Below the pieces are notes generated by a model. That model ran no database searches. It was not told the origin of the DNA and was given only the letters and a program-made list of their open reading frames with translations. The translations under genes and the position numbers were made by a program. From positions 1 through 64,000 of the forward strand of contig CAUVXB020000002.1 of the NCBI GenBank assembly GCA_963555825.3: DNA of 64,000 nt, read 5' to 3'. Below are positions 57,304 to 64,000 of this stretch, piece after piece; the stretch's first letter is position 1; the number at the start of each line of letters is the position of its first letter. Source of the stretch: Alphaproteobacteria bacterium (lineage in GTDB: Bacteria; Pseudomonadota; Alphaproteobacteria; JAAXGF01).

Positions 57304-60300
57304 ATGCTCGACGCCCAACCGGCGGCGAACGCGCCCGCGCGTCCGCCCGCCTCCAGCCTCTTCACCCATCCCCAGCGATTGCCGATGCCCCGGGCGTCCG
57401 CTCCAAGCCTGCCGCGTTGCTGGCCGCCGCAACCGCTCTGCTTCCCGAGCTGGAGGCGGGCCGGGCGCTCGATGCAAAGACCCTGCGCGAGGCCATGAGC
57501 GCGGCCTTCGGCGCCAGCGACACGCAAGGCGCCTGGGTCTGGAAGGACGCCTACGAAGCGGCCGAAGCCGCGATGGTGCTGTTCATCCAGCGTTACGGCC
57601 GCCTCATGCGCCGCGAGGCCGGCGCCGGACCCGGATCCGCCGCCGCCATGCTCGCCATGCTGGAAACCCTGGCGGCCCTGGAGCCGTCCCAGACAAGGCG
57701 GTCGGAAGAACAGCTTGCCCTGCAACAGTTCTCCACCCCCTTGCCGCTCGCCTACGCCGCGCTGCAAGCCGCCGCCATCCGGCCCGGCGACATCGTGCTG
57801 GAGCCCTCGGCCGGCACCGGCATGCTCGCCGTCATGGCCGAATGCGCCCTCGGCAAGCGCACCGATGACGCGCGATCGGGGAATCCCCTGCACCTGAACG
57901 AGATCGCCGCCGTCCGCGCCGGGTTGCTTGCCGGATTGTTCGCACACGCGCCGGTCACCCGCCACAACGCGGAGTCCATCGCCGATTATCTGCCGGGCCT
58001 GCGTCCCACCGTGGTGTTGATGAACCCGCCGTTTTCGGCGAGCCCCGGGGTCCAGCGCATCCGCCATGACGCGGATTTGCGTCACCTCCGTTCCGCCTTC
58101 TCCATGCTTCCGGCGGGCGGGCGGCTGGTGGCGATCACGTCGGCCGGTTGCATCCCCGGCGATGCCGCCTGGAGCCGCGCCTTCGAACGGCTCGATCCAC
58201 CGCCGCGCACCGTCTTTTCCATCGCCATCGACGGGCGCGCCTACGCCCGGCGCGGCACGACCTTCGATACCCGGCTGACCGTAATCGATCGATCCCGCGA
58301 ACGCATCCGGACGTTCCGATCGACGCACGGGCATCCGTCCCCACCGCCGCCGGGTTGCTTGCAGCCATCGCCGCCAATGTGCCGCAACGGCAGGCGGTCG
58401 TGCCAATTGCCGCGGCACCTTGTTCCGGCCGGCGATCTGTTCGGCCATGCCGCCGCACGGCCGGCCCCGCGAAAGCGGGCGGTGGCCGCCGCGCCCCAGG
58501 CAAAACCTGCCGCGGCGCAGGTCCACGATTGGGGGCCGGTGGCCGAACTCGACTACGAGAACCGTCCGCCAACCCGAGCAAGGCACGGCAAGCGAACCGG
58601 AGGCCACCCATGCCGGGGTCTACGAGCCCTGGCGGGCCCGGACCGCGCGCATTCCCGGCGCCTGCGAACATCCAACACCGCTGGTGCAATCCGCCGCCAT
58701 GGCGGCGGTGCCCCATCCCGTGCCGTCCTACCGCCCGATGCTGCCCGTGCGTATCGTGACGGACGAACTGCTGTCCGACGCCCAGCTCGAAAGCGTCATC
58801 CTCGCCGGTCAGGCCCACGGCCGCCATCTTTCCGCGCTCTACCGCATCGGCGAGGGCTGGGAGACCGTCGCGCGTGTCGCCGACAATGAAGATGACAACG
58901 GCGATGACGGCGATAGCGTCCCGGAGATCGCCAATAAAGCAGATAAGGGAGAAGCCGGAAGCGCCGGTCTTGAACCCGCCACCGATGCCACCGGCGACGG
59001 CGAAGCCCTGTCCGCGCCGGTGCGTTTCCGGCGCGGCTGGATGCTGGGCGACGGCACCGGCTGCGGCAAGGGCCGCCAGGTCGCCGCCATCATCCTCGAC
59101 CACTGGCTGCGCGGCCGCCGCCGGGCGCTGTGGCTGTCCGCCTCCGACAAGCTGCTCGAGGACGCGCGCCGCGACTGGGCCGCGATCGGCGGCAGCGAGG
59201 CCGACATCATCCCATTGGGCAAGTTCCGCCAGGGGGCCGATATTCCTCAAGAGGCCGGGATCCTGTTCGCCACCTATGCAACCTTGCGCTCGCCCGCCCG
59301 CCAGGGAAAGCGCTCGCGCCTCGAACAGATCGTCGGCTGGCTCGCGGACGGGCATGGATGAAGGCTCCCGCCATGCCTATGGCGGCGTCATCGTGTTCGA
59401 CGAGGCGCACGCCATGGCCAACGCCGCCGGGTCCAAGGGATCGCGCGGCGATACGGCCCTCGCAGCAGGGCCGCGCCGGATTGCGTTTGCAGAACGCCTT
59501 GCCCGATGCCCGTATCCTCTATGTCTCCGCCACCGGGGCCACCACCGTGCCCGGCCTGGCCTATGCGCGGCGCCTCGGGCTGTGGGGCGGGGCGGATTCA
59601 GGCGGCGAGACGCCCTTCGAGCAACGCACCGACTTCGTCACCGCCATGGAGGCCGGCGGGGTCGCGGCGATGGAGGTGGTGGCCCGCGATCTGAAGGCCC
59701 TCGGGCTCTACCAGGCCCGTGCGCTCAGCTATGACGGGGTCGAGGTCGAGCCGCTCGAACATCCGCTCACGCCCGAACAGCGGCGCATCTACGACGCTTA
59801 TGCCGGGGCCTTCAAGGTGATCCACCGCAATATAGAAGACGCGCTCAAAGCCACCGGCATCATGGAGGGCGATGCCACCCTCAACAAGAATGCCAAGTCC
59901 GCCGCGCTGTCGGCTTTCGAGGGCGCCAAGCAGCGCTTCTTCGGCCATCTCCTGACCGCCATGAAATGCCCCTCGCTGATCCGGGCGATCGAGGCCGATC
60001 TCGAGGCCGGCCATGCCTGCGTCATCCAGCTGGTCTCCACCGGCGAGGCTTTGCTGGACCGGCGCATCGCCGATATCCCCGTCTCTGAATGGGACGACAT
60101 CTCCGTCGACCTGACGCCACGAGAAGCATGCCTGGAATATCTGGCGCACGCCTTCCCGGTGCAATTGCAGGAACCGTTCACCGACGACGAGGGCAACCTG
60201 ATGTCGCGGCCTGTGACCGACGCCGGGGGCAACCCGGTCTTGTGCCAGGAAGCCGTGGCCGCCCGCGATGCGTTGATCGAGAAGCTCGCGGCCTTGCCGC

Positions 60301-61918
60301 CGGTGCAGGCGGCGCTGGACCAGATCCTCCACCGCTTCGGCGGCGAGGCCGTCGCCGAGGTCACCGGACGCTCGCGCCGGGTCTTGCGCATCGCCGATTC
60401 ATCCGGCGAACGCCTGGCGCTGCGCAACCGCCCGGCCTCGGCCAACCTCGCCGAGACCGCCGCCTTCATGGCCGGCGATAAACGCATCCTCGTCTTCTCC
60501 ATGGCCGGCGGCACCGGGCGCAGCTATCACGCCGATCTCGGCTGCGGCAATACCGCGCGGCGTATCCATTACCTGCTGGAGCCGGGCTGGCGGGCCGACC
60601 AGGCGATCCAGGGACTGGGCCGCACCCATCGAACGCACCAGGCCTCGGCCCCCTTGTTCCGCCCGGTCACCACCGATGTGAAGGGCGAGCGGCGCTTCAT
60701 CGCCACCATCGCCCGGCGTCTCGACAGCCTCGGCGCCATCACCCGGGGACAGCGCGATTCGCAGACCGCCATGGGCGGCGGCGACGCCACCCTGTTCCGG
60801 GCCAGCGACAATCTGGAAAGCCCCTACGCCAAGGTGGCGCTGCGCCAGTTCTACATCGCGCTGTGGCGCGGCAACATTGCGGGCTGGTCCATGGACCGCT
60901 TCGAGGACGCCACCGGGCTGAAGCTGATCTGGGAAGGCTCGCTCAAGGAAGACCTGCCGCCGATGCCCCGGTTCCTCAACCGCCTGCTGGCCCTGCCCAT
61001 CGCCGAGCAGAACGAACTGTTCGCCGAGCTGGAAACCCGCATCGAGGCCAACATCGAACAGGCCATCGAGGCCGGGACCCACGAGCAGGGCGTCGAGACG
61101 ATCCGGGCCGACTCCCTCACCGTGGCCTCGCGCGAGACGGTTCACGTTCATGAAGCCTCGGGCGCCGCCACCGAGCTTGTCGAGATCGTCCGCCGCGACC
61201 GGCTCGTGCCGCTCCGGCCGACGATGCCCTCGCCTTGCGCGACGGGCGGCCCGTCATCAACACCCGCTCGAAGCGTGCCGCCGTGGTTCTGCCCGCGCCG
61301 TCGCGGATGTTCGAGGACGGCGGGGTCGAGGCCCGGGTCCGCCTGGTCCGTCCCGCCGCCCGCGAGCCCATGGCCGCGGAGGAACTTGCCGCCTCGAACT
61401 GGGAGGATGCCGGCGAAGATCGTTGGCGCGCGTTGTGGGATGCGGAGATCGAGGGGCTGCCCAGCCACACCGAATCCCGCCTGTGGCTGGTCACCGGCCT
61501 GCTGCTCCCCATATGGGACCGGCTGCCGGGCGAGAACATGCGGGTGCGCCGGCTTGCGACCGATGCCGGGGAAAGCCTGCTCGGCCGGGTTCTGACGCCC
61601 GAGCAGGCGCACGCCTTCCGCGACGCCTTCGGGCTGGCCGGCGGACCGCTCATGAGTTCGGCCGAGATGCACGAGGCGATCCTGACCCGCGGCGCGTCCT
61701 TCGATCTCGCCAACGGCTGGCGCCTCGCAAGGCGGCGCCTGATGGGCGCCGTGCGCGTCGAGATCGAGGGGCCGGCCGACGGCGACCTCGCGGCGCTCAA
61801 GCGCATGGGCTGCACCACCGAGATCGTCTCGTGGCGCACCCGTGTGTTCGTGCCCGAATACATCGACCTCGGCCGCATCCTCGAACGCTGGCCGCTCGCC
61901 AATACCAACCCGGCGTAA
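57304..61918 (+). CDS. Strawberry-notch-like methylase/helicase, several frameshifts
   Basis: QQFSTP, LEPSAGTG, MNPPF (MTase); GDGTGCGKG, DEAH, SAT, QGLGRTHR (SF2). Confidence 0.88.
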
Positions 61919-62060
61919 ACCCGCACGCTCCCGCCCGGTATCCGGCGCGGGGCGTCCGAACCCTTGCTGCCGCCCGCTACGCGCGCTTCCGGGAAATTGC
62001 GCCTTTGCGCCGCCCGCAGGCACGCCAGTCCAACAGCCTGCCATATGGAAGGATATTGCC

Positions 62061-62330
62061 ATGACGTCTCATACGCTGCCCGACGATCCCGTCTATGCGT
62101 TTTGTCCCAGTTATGACCTCGACAACATGCCGCAGCAGATCCGAATCGTGTTCGCCGATATCCCGGGCTACGTCCCCACGGCGTTGGTTGCGCTCACACT
62201 CGATGACGCCCTGCGAATCTGCGATCGCCTGAACGCCCGGCTCGGACTCGACCGGGATGCCTGGTCCGCCATCGCCGGCCGGCCATGTCCGCCGCCCGCG
62301 ATGAAACCACCCATTGAACGTACCGTACCG
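62061..62330 (+). CDS. Small hypothetical protein (end uncertain)
   Basis: GAAGG RBS; MTSHTLPDDPVYAFCPS...ICDRLNARLGLD. Confidence 0.45.
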
Positions 62331-63037
62331 GCCGGTTTACAGCCGGCAGCGTGCCCTCCGGCATGTTCGGGCTACAGGCAGGTGGGGCAAGCCATGTCGC
62401 GTGATCCTCCCACCCGAACGTTGCGGCACATGGAGGCCGAGGCCAGCACGGCAGGGGCGGTCCGGGCGGTGCACGGGAGGCAATTCTCCCGGCATCGCCG
62501 CCATTCTGTCATGCAATGCACGGAGGAACCCGATGTTCGACACCCTCACACCACGCTCCACGACCGGCGAGTTCGAAACCATGCCCTGCGCCCGGCCCGA
62601 TCCCGGCGGGTTCCTGCTGGAAGCCCGGACCGGCACACGCGAAGCTGCAGCTCACATGAAGGATCTGGCGGAACGCTTCGCCGAACTGCGGAACGCCATC
62701 ATGCGTCTGCCCGGCAACCCGTCCTGCGACGACCGCGCCGGGCTCCGCCACCAGCTTCTCCATCTCGGAACACACCTTGATGAGCGCGAGGGGCAGCCTC
62801 GACGACGCCGTCATCGCCATCATGGACGCCAACGACGCGGCCCTTTGATGATCCGCGCGGCGGTTGCCGGGCAAAGTCGTGCCAGCGGTTGCCGCCGTGC
62901 GATGCCACCGAACTCTCCGGCCTGCCTCGACCAACGTGCAAGAGAGTTTGAGGAAGGCAAAGAGAAGGGCGACGCGCCCAAGGGAAAAGAGAGTTCCCTC
63001 CGGGCGGTGTCTCAACCCCATCAACCGGAGGTGCCAG

Positions 63038-63229
63038 ATGTTCGATTCCAGACATACCTCGACCGAGTCCAACGACACCCTTTTCAATCCCGGCAGCACA
63101 GGCGATGCCGATCCAGACTTCGCCGCACCGCTTCCCGACGCCGGCGCGCTGCTGGCCGCGGTCGGAATGCCGGCCCACGCGATCCGCGAGGTTCTCGGCT
63201 CCCGGACATATACCGGGGCGGACGGCTGA
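63038..63229 (+). CDS. Small hypothetical protein
   Basis: GGAGG RBS; MFDSRHTS...TGADG. Confidence 0.45.
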   Translation: MFDSRHTSTESNDTLFNPGSTGDADPDFAAPLPDAGALLAAVGMPAHAIREVLGSRTYTGADG

Positions 63230-63335
63230 ATAGAGAAAGAGGGGGGCTTAGAGAAGTGTGAAGGGGGAAGGGTCGAGAGAGGCCTGACCCCGTTCGCTAA
63301 CCCGATGTCATAACCCGGATCATAGGAGATTGATC

Positions 63336-63774
63336 ATGTTCGGACTGAATAACGCCCAGTTGATCGGACGCCTCGGCGCCGACGCCACCATCAGCCATCT
63401 CACCAACGGCGGCCGTGTCGCCAACGTCTCGATCGCGACCGACGAAAGCTACCTCGACAAAAACTCGGGCGACAAGGTGGACCGCACCGAGTGGCACCGC
63501 ATCGTCACCTTCCAGGACGGCCTGGTGGAGATGATGGAGAAGCACGCGAAGAAGGGCCGCCTGGTCTACGTCTCGGGCAAGCTGCAGACCCGCAAGTGGC
63601 GCAAGGACGGCGAGGACAGCGACCGGTTCTCGACCGAGATCCTGCTGGTCCCCGGCGGCAGGGTCCAATTCTCTCGATAAGCCGAACGGCAACGGCGCGC
63701 CGGCGATGAACGGCGACGCCGTGCCTTCCGCCGAAACCGCCGCGACGGTGGATGACAGCGAAATTCCGTTCTAG
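63336..63774 (+). CDS. ssb: Single-stranded DNA-binding protein (frameshift near 63672)
   Basis: LIGRLGAD, TEWHRIV, KGRLVYVSGKLQTRKW; acidic tail DDSEIPF in shifted frame. Confidence 0.9.
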
Positions 63775-64000
63775 CGGGCTTCCTCCCTCCCGCATAACTC
63801 AGGGCCAGTCCCCGCCAAGTTGGCGTGGGGCTGGCCCTTCTTTTTTGCCGGCGCGTTCGAGCCGCCTCCACAGAGTTCCCAAAGCGTTGACGCGGAGCGG
63901 CCGCGCTGCGCGCTCCGCTCCCGCGGCCCTCACCGGCAAGAGTTCGAGGCGGGCCTGAAGGGGGCGTCCCGCAACAGGCACGAGAGGTTCCCCATGCAAC

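Larger units (their letters stand above)
48116..64000 (+). mobile_element. Leading region of a conjugative element (ICE/plasmid type), continuing past window end
   Basis: Co-oriented ParB, DUF2958, strawberry-notch methylase/helicase and ssb; no relaxase or T4SS in window. Confidence 0.7.

Noticed and set aside
62533-63345. Three successive ORFs starting ATGTTCG
   Set aside because: Too short a match to support a shared element.

Overview
Alphaproteobacterial window, probably Rhodospirillales-like (inferred from rRNA operon layout, 6S-ygfA synteny and zeta-subunit genes). Many scattered frameshifts suggest a long-read consensus. It has three parts. (1) 1-5235: rRNA operon (16S, tRNA-Ile, tRNA-Ala, 23S, 5S, tRNA-fMet); the 23S carries a ~170-nt REP-like intervening sequence. 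(2) ~5.4-47.9 kb: an IS-saturated accessory region containing IS21, IS256, IS630, IS3, IS110/IS1111, IS1380, IS5, IS1595, a MITE and nine whole or partial copies of a TGT..ACA integrase-core IS. Cargo includes a Slam/T11SS locus with a 30-aa-repeat TbpB-like lipoprotein, a PfkB kinase plus IPCT/DIPPS pair, and two diverged copies of a zeta-subunit / small protein / umuD-like / umuC cassette. (3) 48.1-64 kb: leading region of a conjugative element (ParB, GHKL ATPase, DUF2958, MoxR-VWA, strawberry-notch methylase/helicase, ssb). Best leads: an IS1380 unit that moved a host 6S RNA gene, bounded by a perfect 5-bp TSD; a ParB ending in an FtsZ C-terminal-peptide look-alike (LEIPAFLRR); and a UmuD homolog lacking both its cleavable arm and its Ser-Lys dyad. 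No database searches were run; family calls come from motif recognition.
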